Under the pieces are notes generated by a model. It was given only the letters and a program-made list of their open reading frames with translations, ran no database searches and was not told the origin of the DNA. The position numbers and the translations under genes are program-made. Positions 37,261-49,879 of a DNA stretch of 64,000 nt are shown here, one piece after another (positions within the stretch are counted from its first letter, which is position 1; every line of letters starts with the position of its first letter). The stretch covers positions 43,896,001 to 43,960,000 of the forward strand of contig NC_091988.1 of NCBI RefSeq assembly GCF_044704955.1, given 5' to 3'. The DNA comes from Pristiophorus japonicus. Lineage: Eukaryota.

Positions 37261-38305
37261 ACATTTATATCAGAAGGACAAGCAAGGTTGTGACGAAGAA
37301 AGACAAAAGGTTGAGGCAAATGGTAAGTTTGAAAGTATACTTTTTTTTTCTACTTCATGACATTGCTTCCAATTCCAACTGCTTATTAATGATAATAGAG
37401 TTTATTTTATTTGTTTTTTATTAACATTGATTTAGACAGATCAAAGGAACAGCATTGGGAATAAACAATTGCTTCTAATAAATGTATTTGTTTTTAACCA
37501 AGAAGCTCTGGCATAAAGACTACTGTTTGCAAACCTTAATTTCTATGGGAGTGAAATTAACCCTACCCTGCCGACTGGAAGGGGATGGGTGACCAATTAA
37601 AATCATGGGAATCCACTTACTGTCCCATTCCCACTGTGAACTCCCCCATTGGGATCCTGATACCACTTTAACGGCAAACCCTCAGTAACATCTTGTGAAG
37701 CTGACTGACATGTCTGGAAGAACAACTTAAAGGGGGACTCACTTGCAATCATTTGTGCTTTGCTGATTACTGGATTGCCAAGGCATTTCAGAGCTTGGAG
37801 ATTGTCTCATTTTAATGTGTTTGCCTTACTCACCCTGACTAAGCATTTTCAGCTTATTATTTTTGCTTCTATATTCTGAATGAAGAAACAGTTGGAGAAA
37901 GAGCAGCAGCAGCAGCTGGGCCTGTTGCAGCACAGCAGGTGAGAGGGTGTTGAGCGTAGAAGGCCTTACTCAGCCCACAGGGTCATTAGACCTGGGGCTG
38001 GATTTAGGATATTTTTGGATTTTGGGGTGTTAATCGCGGTGGGACGTTAAAGTTAGCGCCTGAAAATAGTTTGTGCTTTTGACTGCAATTTTTTGGCGAA
38101 AAAGTAAGTTGGAGGAGCGTTGGTGTTAAGTCAGGTGTTGCACAACGAGCTTTATGTGCCCGAGCCGAAACTTGCATCGTTAAAGGAGACGGCCATTTTG
38201 CGCATGCACAGCTCTTTTTTCCTGCTCGCAAACGCTAATGCTGGGCGTGGCAGCTTCATGCACGCATCCGCATATAAACCGCCCACTTCAGCCACTTCGG
38301 CAGAT

Positions 38306-40500
38306 ATGGAGGAGCAGGAGGGAAGGCAGTGTACCAGGCGCTTCAGCAATGAGGCGAGTGAGGCCTTAGTGAACTCCATCTTGCTGAGGGAGCCAGACCA
38401 CTTCCACCTGTGCTTAACAGACTGCGGAGAGATATGTTCCCAATGTTGGGGAAGTCCAGAACCAGGGGTCACAGTCTAAGGATAAGGGGTAAGCCATTTA
38501 GGACCGAGATGAGGAGAAACTTCTTCACCCAGAGAGTGGTGAACCTGTGGAATTCTCTACCACAGAAAGTTGTTGAGGCTAATTCACTAAATATATTCAA
38601 AAAGGAGTTAGATGTAGTCCTTACTACTAGGGGGATCAAGGGGTATGGCGAGAAAGCAGGAATGGGGTACTGAAGTTGCATGTTCAGCCATGAACTCATT
38701 GAATGGCGGTGCAGGCTCGAAGGGCCAAATGGCCTACTCCTGCATCTATTTTCTATGTTTCTATTGTTCAGGGCGTGTCTGCTGCAGACACAGAACTGTC
38801 ACACAGCATCAAAAAAATTAAACGACCTTACAAAAATGTCAGGGTGAGTACCATTTGCATTTATGTGTGCCTCCGTGACTTCTAACATGAATCTCACACA
38901 CTATGTGAAGTTTTTCATGCGTATGGTCAACAGTCTGTGAGGTGGCTTTCACAATGCATAAGAAAGATGAAGGCTTATTTCTGCACCCATTGGCTTCTAA
39001 TGATCCATGCACATAAACTCAATCATTTACATCCTTCCTCACAATATACTCCCATTGCTGCTATGCCTTTCAGAAAGAACACATACAGCGCCCAGGTTAC
39101 AAACCTCTAACCACCGAACAATTCCTCACGAAACACATGCAACATCCAAACAGTTTTGATTGGAAGCCACTGGAATATTCACACAGTATCACCCAATGTA
39201 CCATGGTAGGCATATGTGCCGGCAGAGAAACCCTTTCTGAACCCTTCCTATTTTTATCTGCGCAGTCGAAGCACTCCCATAAACGGAGGGAGCAGGTGTG
39301 CATAGGCGGGGGGGCCGCCCCAATTATTGCCACTCACTAGTGTCGAGGAACGGGCATCGGCCCTCATAGGTGCATCAGCTTGGACAGTTGCCGGGGGCGA
39401 TGCTGAGCCCCCTTCAGGTAGTGAGGGTGTGTAAATGGATAGAGCGATGGAAGATACTGCATTGAGACATATAATGAAGTGACGGTGGGCCTTCAAATGA
39501 ACATGTGCAATGCCACCTTCCTCCTGTCACCCTGGCCCCCTCTCCTGCTGCTAACCGCACATCTGTTGTTTCCTGCTTGCAGATGACCAGCCACAAGCGC
39601 AACATCCTTCAAGGGAGCCCTCCACATCTGGCCATGGGAGACGATGAGGGAGGGGAAGAAAGCGTTCTGCCTGAGCCTCAGAGCCCACCAGTTGCCCCAT
39701 CTGGCCTCACTACATCTGGGGCCGAGGCAGATTTCCCGGGGTTTGAGGAGTCGGAGGCTCCTGGCCCCAGTCGCGTACAGCAACGCAGTGCGAGATTGGA
39801 ATCTCGCAGGCCAGCTCTCTGGAGAGTGAGCCAGCAAAATTGGTCTGCTCGACGACTGGCAGACATGGAACGGGACTTGATGGAAATGTCCAGGGAAACC
39901 ACAGAAATGCACCGTGAGCTTATGGATGCACTGGGACAGATCGCAAAGAGCATTGACAAGCATCCTGTTGCGGAGGCAGCGTCACGGATTGTCAGTGTGA
40001 CTCGGGAGTCCAGTGAGGCCATCATTGCCCACTCACAGAGGCTGGCGGCCTTGAGCAGCGACAGTGGTGCTCCAGAGTGTTTGGTACGTGCCCTTGATCA
40101 TGTCGCAAACTCAGGCGCATCGCAGGCACAAGCTATGCTTCAGCTTGGTCACGTGATGAAGTCGATGTCCGTTACCATCCTCTCTGTCTATCCAACGGGG
40201 AAGGGACGGTGCCGAAGCACACCAGCAAGTCGTGCTCCGGATGCTGAAGCCCAGCCCCGTCGGGGAGTCGGTGGCTCCCAGGAAATGGAAGGTGCTGTCC
40301 TTCCTCAGGATGACCGCATTCTGGCTCCCACCACTGACTCGCCAACTATGCACCATACACGGTTGACACCACAGCCACCAGTGACTGCTCCCGCCGATGA
40401 TGAGGCACAGCAGTCTGCAGCCGGGACTTCCAGAACTGGTCCAGGGCATCCTCAGATGCGGTCTGCCTTGTCTGGCCCCCCCAATACAGCAGCCCTATAG
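38306..40500 (+). pseudogene. Harbinger Myb/SANT-like gene (exons 38306-38843, 39266-39417, 39583-40500); exon 1 is broken by CR1
   Basis: 'RRFSNEASEALV' and exon 2 'CIGGG', canonical splice sites, long exon-3 ORF 39505-40500. Confidence 0.82.
38434..38764 (+). mobile_element. CR1 3' fragment inside Myb exon 1
   Basis: 'MFPMLGKSRTRGHSLRIRG..' followed by a TTTCTATG tail. Confidence 0.93.
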
Positions 40501-43500
40501 CAGCCTTGCTGTCGGCTTTATTTAGTGTTTATTTACATCTTGTTGACTGCAGGATGCAGTTTTGTGTTTATTTATTTTTATTTTAACCAGTGTATAGTTT
40601 GGGGTTTTTGGTGGGGTGAACATTGTTAATTATTCATGTTTATAAAAATGTTTGTTTGACCTTTGCCATCGGTGTCTTGTGTCTCATTGCAGAATTCAAC
40701 GTAGATTAGCTGACATGGTGGCACAGAGTAGCGAGTCAGCGCTGCAATCCCACCTTCCCCGTTCAATCAAACCGCTCCATGATGAGCTGTCGAAGTAAGG
40801 CTTTTGCTGCGGCCACATTGCCAAGTTGTCTCCTCTGTGGTTGTGGTGCCACCGCACTGGGTTCCTCGCCAGTCTCCTCTTCCTCGTCCTCCTCCTCGTC
40901 CTGATGTGGTCCTGCAACCCCCCCATTGGCAATGGCTGGCCCCTCATGATGGCTCAGTTGTATAGCATGCAGCACACGACAATGACGCGCTGGCGAACTG
41001 GTATTGCCCCCATTGAAATCTCACACTGACCTCGGAAGCAAAGTGCCAGGGCACGTAAAAATGCTGTTCGCAACTCGGAGCCTCACGCAGCGTTCTGCGC
41101 TCAACCGTGGCCGTCACTGGCAACTGCGATATAAGGTCCTCCAGCCTCCGCTTAAATATGCCGCCAGTAGCGCCTGTTGCACCCTGGGACCGCCTGTTTT
41201 TTTTTTCAGGCATTTCCTGGGGCGGTCGCTAAATGAGGCGTTAAGACTGAAAGTTCCATCTGAAGCGCCAGCGCAGCCTTGCACGATGATTGACGCCATC
41301 ATCACGCTGAAAACTGAGGGAGGGGCAATAAGTTTTTGTGCCGGCGCAAACCAATCGCCAAATCTTCCGACCGGGCGATAAATCCTGGATGTCTGGCATC
41401 ACGCCCAGAAACAGCATTTAAAGCCCGATGGGGCGCTAAATGAGGCACAAATTAGCCGAAAATAGAGCCCCTAGAATTACTTTCCTGGGCAACTCCTGGA
41501 AGCAGTGTATTAGGAGGCGGTGCTTCACCAGGTTGGTACAGGTGTGCGCAGCCACCTGCAGCAAGACATCTGCATTAACAGTCTTCGTTATCCCCTTCAC
41601 CCCCTCCCTTCAGTCAAACCATTAAACTGACGTCTACATCAGTGACGTTCTGACAATGGAGACTAACTACGTGCAATGAAAAGTGGCCGTACACCAATCT
41701 CCCAAATGTGAAAAAGGAGATTTACAAACAGTAGATTGAACTAAAATCTTTAAAAAGCATTGCATGCAAATCTCTGATTCAAATATAGACAGGGGAATTT
41801 TAACTGCCCCCACCCCACAGAATCCAGGCAGTTAAAATGGAGTAGGAGAAATACCCATTCTGTGCCCACTCCATTCTTATTTTCACATGCCTGATTTTTC
41901 AGAAGTATTAGGTGCCCACCTGAGTCAGCCAGGGGCATCATACATTTATACAAATCAGGGTCATGTTATGTCAATAGGACCCGATGCCATAACCTGGAAG
42001 AGAATGGGGTTCTGAAAAGGCCTTTCCAGGTAAGTTTAAACTTTCCTTTGTGGGCCCAGGAGTTAAAATTCTGCCCTTTGAGCAAAATAGCCATACAATT
42101 TATCAGAATTCAATTCTGACAATTTCAATCGGAGAGACAAACCAATTCATGCCCGAAGCAATCTCATAAGGAGGTGCAATAAATCACCCATTTAAATTAA
42201 TTTCAGTACAAACAGTATATTTTTATACTATGAGTCCCAGAACAGTACAACATCAGGAATCTAAATTTATTATGAGGTAAAAATCCCATAAAAAATACTA
42301 TCCAATAAAATACTGGTGGTTCAAAAATAAATCAGACAGCTATGCACTTGCTCTTCACATAAGCAACCAATATTGGCTGTAACCATGACAATCCCTCTCC
42401 ATGACTACCCCTAAGTATTCTGGAGAGTCAGGAGTATAATATCTCAATGGTGCTACACTGATGACGTTCAAACAAAATCATATAAGCACCATATATAAAA
42501 TAGAACCAAATACATTTTGCCACCAATCTTATTTAATTACCAAATGGCAGCATCACAATGGCCCAAGCATTTTGAGGTATTAATAAGTACTACTTATGAA
42601 TTGGATGGAGGGAAAAAGCAAAGCAAACTAGCATGGTGTTGGAATGCATGTGTGTTAATGCTAGGAGTGTTATAAATAAGGTTGATAAGCTGCAGGCATA
42701 AGTTGCCACATGGGATTATGATACAGTGGCTATAATGGAGACCTGGCTCAAACATGAGCTGGAATGGGAACTAAACATTCCTGCCTGCAATGTATTCAGG
42801 AGGGTTCAGGAAGGAATAAAGACGGGAGTGGGGGTGGCTATATTGATCAAGGAAAATATTACAGTTCTACAGAGGGATGATATATTGGAGGGTTCAAAGA
42901 CTGAGGGGCCGAAATTCAGCCTCCCGATAAGGCCTGTTATCGCCGGAAAGTGGAGGCCACGTGGCGGTGTTGTGTGGCCACCGATTTATGGATGAATAGC
43001 CGCCAATTGCAAAATTCTCCTCGGGAGATCCACCCCGCTCCCACCACTTCTGTTTCACTCCTGCAGATGCGTCGTTAAAGACATTGTCAGAGGGCACGCT
43101 GCAGCCTCTCCGCCCCGGAAGCTAAATTCATTATTAAAAGTCAACCGGGCACCGACAGTTTTGTGTCAGTGCACTGTGCCGGCTCAAGACCGCCAGTAGA
43201 CTTCAAAGGCATGTTGCGTGCATCTTCATTATTTTGGCCAAAAATTTTTCACCGTTCTCCAAACTTTCCTGCTCGCCTTTTTCATAGCGGCATTGAATAC
43301 TAGTGGGCCTCAATCTGTACTCCACAGAGGCCTCATTGTGGAGGTTGAGATTGCAGAGGCACTGGGCTCAATGCTGCAGCGGAACACCTCTTGCACATTG
43401 TACACGGCAGGGAGGCAGCAGACATAGATGCCCAACATAGAGAAGGGCCTGGAAATAATGACAGACCTGAATGCAGAGAGGTGGCCCAAGAAAGACCTGG

Positions 43501-43599
43501 ATAGTGGGCGAGATAGAAAGAAGGTAGGATGCACAGGAGGCAGATGCTTGCCAGCAGCAGGCTGCAAAGGCCAAGGAGCATGAAGAGCATGAGGGAGGA

Positions 43600-44724
43600 A
43601 GCAATGAGCCAGCTGCCATAGGAGGAGCCGACCATATTGTTGGGGGAAGAATGCCCTAGCGTGCAAGGGTCTACAGGCAGCAGTTTTCATTCACTGACCA
43701 TACAGATGACCAATGTCTCCGCAGGCTTAGATTCAGGAAGGACATCATCAGGGAGTTGTGCAATCTCCTGTGGCCAGATCTGCAGCCTTAGACAAGGCTG
43801 AAGACAGCTCTGAGCATCACAACCAAAGTGACCATAGCACTAAATTTCTATGCCACTGGCTCTTTCCAATCTGCCACTGCAGACATTTCAAACATTTCTC
43901 AGTTCTCTGGCCATCGCTCCATCCGTCAAGTCACAGATGCTCTCTATAAGATAAGGGGCGAATACATTTCTTTCCCGACAAGCAGGAAGAAGCAGATGGG
44001 GCGGCAGACCGGATTTGTGCGCATTGCAGGCTTCCCCAGGGTACAGGGCGCCATAGACTGCACCCACGTCGCATTGAGGGCATCACAAACCAATGTGGGG
44101 ATGTTCATCAACCGGAAAGGATTCCACTCCCTCAACATGCAGCTGATGTGCGACCATCGCAAGATCATGGCAGTTGATGCCCGGTATCCTGGCAGCAACC
44201 ATGATGTCTTCATCCTGTGCCAGACCGATGTGCCCGGCATGTTTTCTGGGCCAAAGCAAAATTGCAGGTGGCTGCTTGGTGACAAGGGCTACACTCTGTG
44301 CACTTGTCCGCTGACTTCCCTTCGCAACACCAGGACTGCTGCGCAGCATGCATGCAATGACTCTCATTCTGTCACCAGGTGCATAATTGAGCACTGCATC
44401 GGGATCCTTAAGCAGACTGGACTGGACCGCTCTGGTGGAGTGTTGCAGTACTCGCCTGAGCGGGTCTCCCTATTCGTGGTCGTCTGCTGCATGCTTCACA
44501 AGCTGGCAATCATGAGAGGCCAGCCATTGGAGGATGAGCCAGCAGTAGCACCTCAGGATGCGGCATAGGAGGAGGAGGTGCAGGAGGAGGATGAGGAGGA
44601 GGAGGAGGTGGAGGAGTAGGAGGAGGGCCAGGATGTGGGTCGGCGGCCACCCAGGAGGCGTCGTCGCCATCCAAACCCTGCAAGGGAAGTGCAAAACCGT
44701 CTCACTGCTGCTCGTTTTCAATGA
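43600..44724 (+). pseudogene. HARBI1-type transposase, disrupted
   Basis: ORF 43828-44568: GFPRVQGAIDCTHV, NRKGFHSLN, YPGSNHD, GDKGY, IEHCIGILK, CCMLHKLA. Upstream CLRRLRF is followed by an in-frame stop. Confidence 0.92.
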
Positions 44725-44736
44725 GTTCATGCACAC

Positions 44737-45429
44737 TTGAGTAGGTTGGGCCTGTCATGTATGTAACCCCTGTGTAACACCACTGCAATACTGTATATAC
44801 TTAAGCAATGCACACCTTGACCACAGGGGGTGAACTTGTGGGAGACACTCCTTACCTGGTCATCCAGGTATATAAAGGGAGGTCCCACGCAGGGTCATCA
44901 CTTCTTGGTCCTGTGAATAAAGGTTCAGGTCATAGAGTGACCTTGTCCATAGAATGTGCCTCGTGTGGGTTTTGTGCCATTGAGTAAGGACATTACAGGG
45001 CCTCTACTCATTGGAATTCAGAAGAATGAGAGGTGATCTTATCGAAACGTATAAGATTATGAGGAGGCTTGACAGGGTGGATACAGAGAGGATGTTTCCA
45101 CTGATGGGGGAGACGAAAACTAGAGGGCATGATTTTAGAATAAGGGGCCGCCCATTTAAAACAGAGATGAGGAGAAATTTCTTCTCTCAGAGGGTTGTAA
45201 GTCTGTGGAATTCGCTGCCTTAGAGAGCTGTGGAAGCTGGGACATTGAATAAATTTAAGACAGAAATAGACAGTTTCTTAAACGATAAGGGGATAAGGGG
45301 TTATGGGGAGCGGGCAGCGAAGTGGAGCTGAGTCCATGATCAGATCAGCCATGATCTTATTGAATGGCGGAGCAGGCTCGAGGGGCTGTATGGCTTACTC
45401 CTGTTCCTATTTCTTACGCTCTTATGTTC
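44737..45429 (+). mobile_element. CR1 3' fragment interrupted by a solo LTR
   Basis: 'ttgagtaggttgggcc|tctactcattggaattcagaagaatg'; ORF 45011-45223; tail cttatgtt. Confidence 0.9.
44753..44997 (+). mobile_element. Solo LTR (245 bp), Gypsy
   Basis: TG...CA termini, exact 5-bp TSD GGGCC, TATA-like motif and AATAAA; shares motifs with the LTRs at 45751 and 49641. Confidence 0.9.
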
Positions 45430-45750
45430 ACCTTTCATCTTTGCATTTCCATGGCCATCCTAATGAGCCCTTTCACATATCATTGCTCACAGTGAAATGA
45501 TACACCTGCACAGATAGGGGAACACAATGGGAAGATTTATTGCAGAATAAAGAACGGTGTAAATAGCATGCACATAATCAATTCTCACCCTTGTGCATCT
45601 TATAACCCCTCTTACACAAGCCTATTCTGCTACTTCGCTGCAGTGTCTCCCCTGTGGCTGCCTCATGGATCTGGGAAGGTTGTTGTCTTTCATGTCCTTC
45701 TCCTTGGCCAGCTCTGACCCTGAAAGGGCCAGCTGCAGACTGGTCAGCAC

Positions 45751-45984
45751 TGTCATGTATTCAACCAACATTGTAACCCATGTATAAACTGACCTAAGTT
45801 GTGCACCGTGAGAACACTGACCACTAGGTGGGAGACACTCCTAACCTGGACCTTCAGGTATAAAAGGGGAAGCTCCACCCACCTTCATCACTTAAGTGCT
45901 AAGGGATAAAGGACAGGTCACAGACTGACCTTCTCTCAAGCATGGGCCTCGTGTGCATTTATACTGTATAGTAAGGACGTATCA
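45751..45984 (+). repeat. 5' LTR
   Basis: TGTCATGTAT...ACGTATCA; TATAAAA box. Confidence 0.97.
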
Positions 45985-46131
45985 ATGGCGACAAGAAACT
46001 GGGATTTAAACCACGCGAGCATGGCCACTAGCAGAACAGATGAGAGGTACTGTGTTAAGGAATGGTTGGGACAGAGATTCAACATTGTTAAAGCAGCACA
46101 CAGTTCTCCAGGCAGATAAGGGCAGTCAGGC

Positions 46132-49100
46132 ATGCCCCAACATGTAGTCGAACCCAGAGGGGGAGTTCGACAGAGACAATGGCAAGCTGAACAGCGGTTC
46201 ACGCCATTGCAAGGGACAATGCGGCCAGTAATGGGGCCATCAACACCTGTTAATGGTGCACTCAAGGACAATAACAGGGGCAGTCAGGGACGATCGACTG
46301 GCAAGGGACCTTTTGTTTCAAACCGCAACTCATGCTGGAGGCGTGGAGGCATACATTCAGCCGGAGTTTGCAGAGATGAGCAAAATACCTGCAGAAATTG
46401 CAGAAATGGACACTGGGGGAAATCGCTGGAAGCTAAAGTTCAGCGAGTTCATGTGGAGCACGGAAATAGTTCATACACCAGGACGCCACCGATAATGATG
46501 AAAGTGCTCCTCAAAGGCATCCCAGTATCAATGGAGTTAGACACGGGTGCCAGCCAGTCCCTGATGGGTATCAAACAGTTCGAAAAGTTGTGGGCATCCA
46601 AGGCCAGGAGGCCAAAATTATCGCCAATTGACGCACAGCTACGGACTTACACAAAGCAGATCATTCCAGTGCTAGGCAGCGCCACGGTAGTCGTGACCCA
46701 CAAAGATTCAGAGAACAGGTTGCCACTCTGGATTGTCACAGGGGACGGTCCCGCACTACTGGGGAGGAGTTGGCTTGCTGTCATGAACTGGAAATGTGGC
46801 GATGTCAATGCAATTTCCTCTGTGGAGCGAGTATCATGCTCACAGGTCCTGGACAAATTTGACTCATTATTTCAACCTGGCATTGGCACTTTCATGGGGA
46901 CCAAGGGAGTGATTCACATAAACCCGGATGCCAGACCAGTACACCACAAGGCCAGAGCGGTGCCGTACGTGATGCGGGAAAAGATAGAAGGCGAATTGGA
47001 CCGCCTGTTGAGGGAAAGCATCATCTCGCCAGTCGAATTCAATGACTGGGCGAGCCCGATTGTGCCGGTGCTCAAGGCGGATGGGTCGGTCAGGATATGT
47101 GGTGATTACAAGGCCACCATCAATCGGGTGTCACTCCAAGACCAGTACCCGCTACCGAGAGCGGAGGACCTCTTTGCGACGCTATCCGGTGGCAAACTTT
47201 TTTCAAAATTGAACCTGACCTCAGCTTACATGACCCAGGAGCTGGCGAGTGAGTCGAAGAAGCTGACCACCATCACGACACACAAGGGGTTGTTTGAGTA
47301 CAACAGATGTTCATTCGGGATTCGCTCGGCCGCCGCGATCTTCCAACGAAATATGGAAAGCCTCTTCAAGTCGATTCCAGGGACGGTGGTTTTTCAGGAC
47401 GACATCCTCATTACGGGTTACGATACTGAAGAACCCCTCCACAACCTGGAGGAGGTGCTACGCAGACTGGACCGGGTAGGTCTGCGACTGAAAAAGACGA
47501 AGTGCGTCTTCCTAGCTCCAGAGGTAGAATTTCTGGGGATGAGGGTAGCAGCAGACGGGATCGGCCCTACTGCATCCAAGACGGAAGCGATCCAGAGAGC
47601 ACCCAGACCCCGTAACACGACGGAGCTACGTTCGTTCCTGGGGCTCCTGAACTATTTTGGTAACTTTCTTCCCAAATTGAGCACGTTGCTAGAGCCGCTA
47701 CATGTGCTCCTACGCAAAGGTCGCGAACGGGTCTGTGGGGACAGCCAGGAAAGGGCTTTTAATAGAGCACGCAATTTGTTATGTTCCAACAATCTGTTAA
47801 CGCTATATGACCCATGTAAGAAACTTGTGTTAATGTGCGATGCGTCGTCCTATGGTGTCGGGTGTGTGTTGCAGCATGTCAATGCCAAGGGTCAGTTACA
47901 GCCGGTAGCTTATGCCTCCAGGAGTCTGTCCCAGGCAGAAAGGGGTTACGGGATGGTAGAAAAGGAGGCGCTCGCATGTGTATATGCGGTAAAGAAAATG
48001 CACCAGTACCTGTTTGGCAGGACATTTGAGCTGGAGACAGATCACAAACCCCTAACGTCCCTTTTGGCCGACAACAAGGCCATAAATGCAAACGCATCGG
48101 CCCGCATACAGAGGTGGGCACTCACGTTAGCTGCCTATGACTACACAATTCGGCACAGACCGGGCACCGAAAACTGCGCCGATGCACTCAGCAGGCTCCC
48201 ACTAGCCACCACTGAGGGGGCTACCGAGCATGGTGCTGAGATGGTTATGGCTGTTGAAGCTTTCGGAAGCGAAGGCTCACCCGTGACAGCCCGTCAGATT
48301 AAAGTCTGGACAAATAGAGACCCGCTATTGTCTCTAGTCAAGAAATGTGTCCTGAATGGGGACTGGGCAGCCACGTACAGGGCATGCTCTGAGAAATTTA
48401 AACCATTTCACAGGCGCAAGGATGAACTCTCGATTCAGGCCGATTTCCTACTGTGGGGAAACTGCGTAGTCATGCCCCAGATGGGCAGAGAGGTGTTCAT
48501 CAGAGAACTCCACAATGGGCACCCGGGCATTGTCACGAGGAAGGCAATTGCCAGGTCACACGTTTGGTGGCCAGGGATAGACGCAGATCTGGAACTTTGT
48601 GTTCGCAGGTGCAACACGTGTGCCCAGCTGGGCCATGCGCCCAGGGAAGCCCCCTTAGCCCCTGGCCATGGCCCGCCAAGCCTTGGTCAAGCATCCATGT
48701 GGTCTATGCAGGTCCTTTCATGGGGAAAATGTTTTTGGTTGTAGTAGACGCCTACTCCAAATGGATCAAGTGTGACATTTTAAATTCAAGCACATCCTCT
48801 GCCACGGTAGAAAGTCTACGGGCAATGTTCGCCACCCACGGTCTACCGGACATCTTGGTCAGCGACAATGGCCCGTGCTTCACAAGCACTGAATTCCAGG
48901 ACTTCATGGCAGGCAATGGAATTAACTATGTTAGAACGGCACCGTTCAAGCCGGCCTCAAACGGCCAGGCAGAACGAGCAGTGCAGATAATCAAACAGGG
49001 GATGCTCAGATTCCAAGGGGGTTCCCTACAAACCCGCTTATCACGCCTCCTGTTGGCCTATAGATCCCGACCACACTTGCTCACAGGGGTTCCACCCACA

Positions 49101-49611
49101 GAGCTGCTAATGAAAAGGACGCTCAAAATCCCGATTATCCCTTATACACCCCACCATGAAAGAAATTGTCGAGAGCAGGCGCCAGTCACAATATCACTAC
49201 CATGACAGGAATGCGAGGGCGCGATGTATTGATGTAAATGATCCTGTTTTTGTCCTCAACTACGCTGCAGGGCCCAAATGGCTCGCAGGCACTGTGGTTG
49301 CCAAAGAGGGAAATAGGATTCTGGTAGTTAAACTTACCAATGGACAAATCTGCCGCAAACATGTGGATCAAACAAAAAGGAGGTTCAGCAACCCCATAGA
49401 AGAAGCAGAGGAAGAACACGATATAGCGTTCACTCCACCACAGGTGACCGAACACCGGAACCAAAGGGAGGAGAGCCCAGTCACTGTGGGCAGTCCAGAC
49501 AGGCCTGAGGCACTGCAAACAACAGACACTCAGGCCAGCGCCCAACAGCCGGAGCCCCAACTCAGGCGCTCTACAAGGGAGCGTAAACCACCAGAGAGAC
49601 TCAACCTGTGA
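46132..49611 (+). pseudogene. Gypsy Pol polyprotein (protease, RT, RNase H, integrase) with two frameshifts (about 48657 and 49130)
   Basis: LDTGA, RICGDY, FQDD, CDAS, EKEALA, TDHKPL, ADALSR, H..H/C..C zinc finger, SDNG, AERAV across ORFs 46132-48744, 48453-49205 and 49156-49611. Confidence 0.95.
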
Positions 49612-49640
49612 TCCCAATAAGACTTTGGGGGGGGAGGTGA

Positions 49641-49874
49641 TGTCATGTATTCAACCAGCATTGTAACCCATGTATAAACTGACCTAAGTTGTGCACCGTG
49701 AGAACATTGACCACTAGGTGGGAGACACTCCTAACCTGGACCTTCAGGTATAAAAGGGGAAGCTCCACCCACCTTCATCACTTGAGTGCTAAGGAATAAA
49801 GGACAGGTCACAGACTGACCTTCTCTCAAGCATGGGCCTCGTGTGCATTTATACTGTGTAGTAAGGACGTATCA
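49641..49874 (+). repeat. 3' LTR
   Basis: Direct repeat of 45751-45984. Confidence 0.97.
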
Positions 49875-49879
49875 AGCAC

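Larger units (their letters stand above)
37995..41470 (+). mobile_element. Harbinger transposon with a Myb gene and only the last part of the transposase
   Basis: TIRs GGGCTGGATTT / AAATAGAGCCC, flanks CTG/CTA. Convergent transposase remnant on the minus strand at about 40763-41010 (VVCCMLYN.AIMRGQPL..QLIMERFD). Confidence 0.85.
37880..41600 (+). pseudogene. Old Harbinger transposase N-terminal remnant split by a younger Harbinger
   Basis: 'RRPYSAHRVIRP' (ending at about 37993) joins 'RITFL..KQCIRRR.F' (from about 41471), matching the N-termini of the other transposases here. Confidence 0.6.
45751..49874 (+). mobile_element. Gypsy (Mag-like) LTR retrotransposon with both LTRs and a gag deletion
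   Basis: 234-bp LTRs at 45751-45984 and 49641-49874 (5 differences counted), exact TSD AGCAC, PBS TGGCGAC at 45986 and PPT at 49627-49640. Confidence 0.97.

Noticed and set aside
39505-40500. 331-aa ORF as a stand-alone novel gene
   Set aside because: It is the last exon of the Harbinger Myb gene; it starts in the intron upstream of the acceptor at 39582.
16010-44568. HARBI1-like ORFs as the domesticated host gene HARBI1
   Set aside because: Several divergent copies are present, all with stops, frameshifts or insertions, and most lie between TIRs with TSDs. They are transposon copies.
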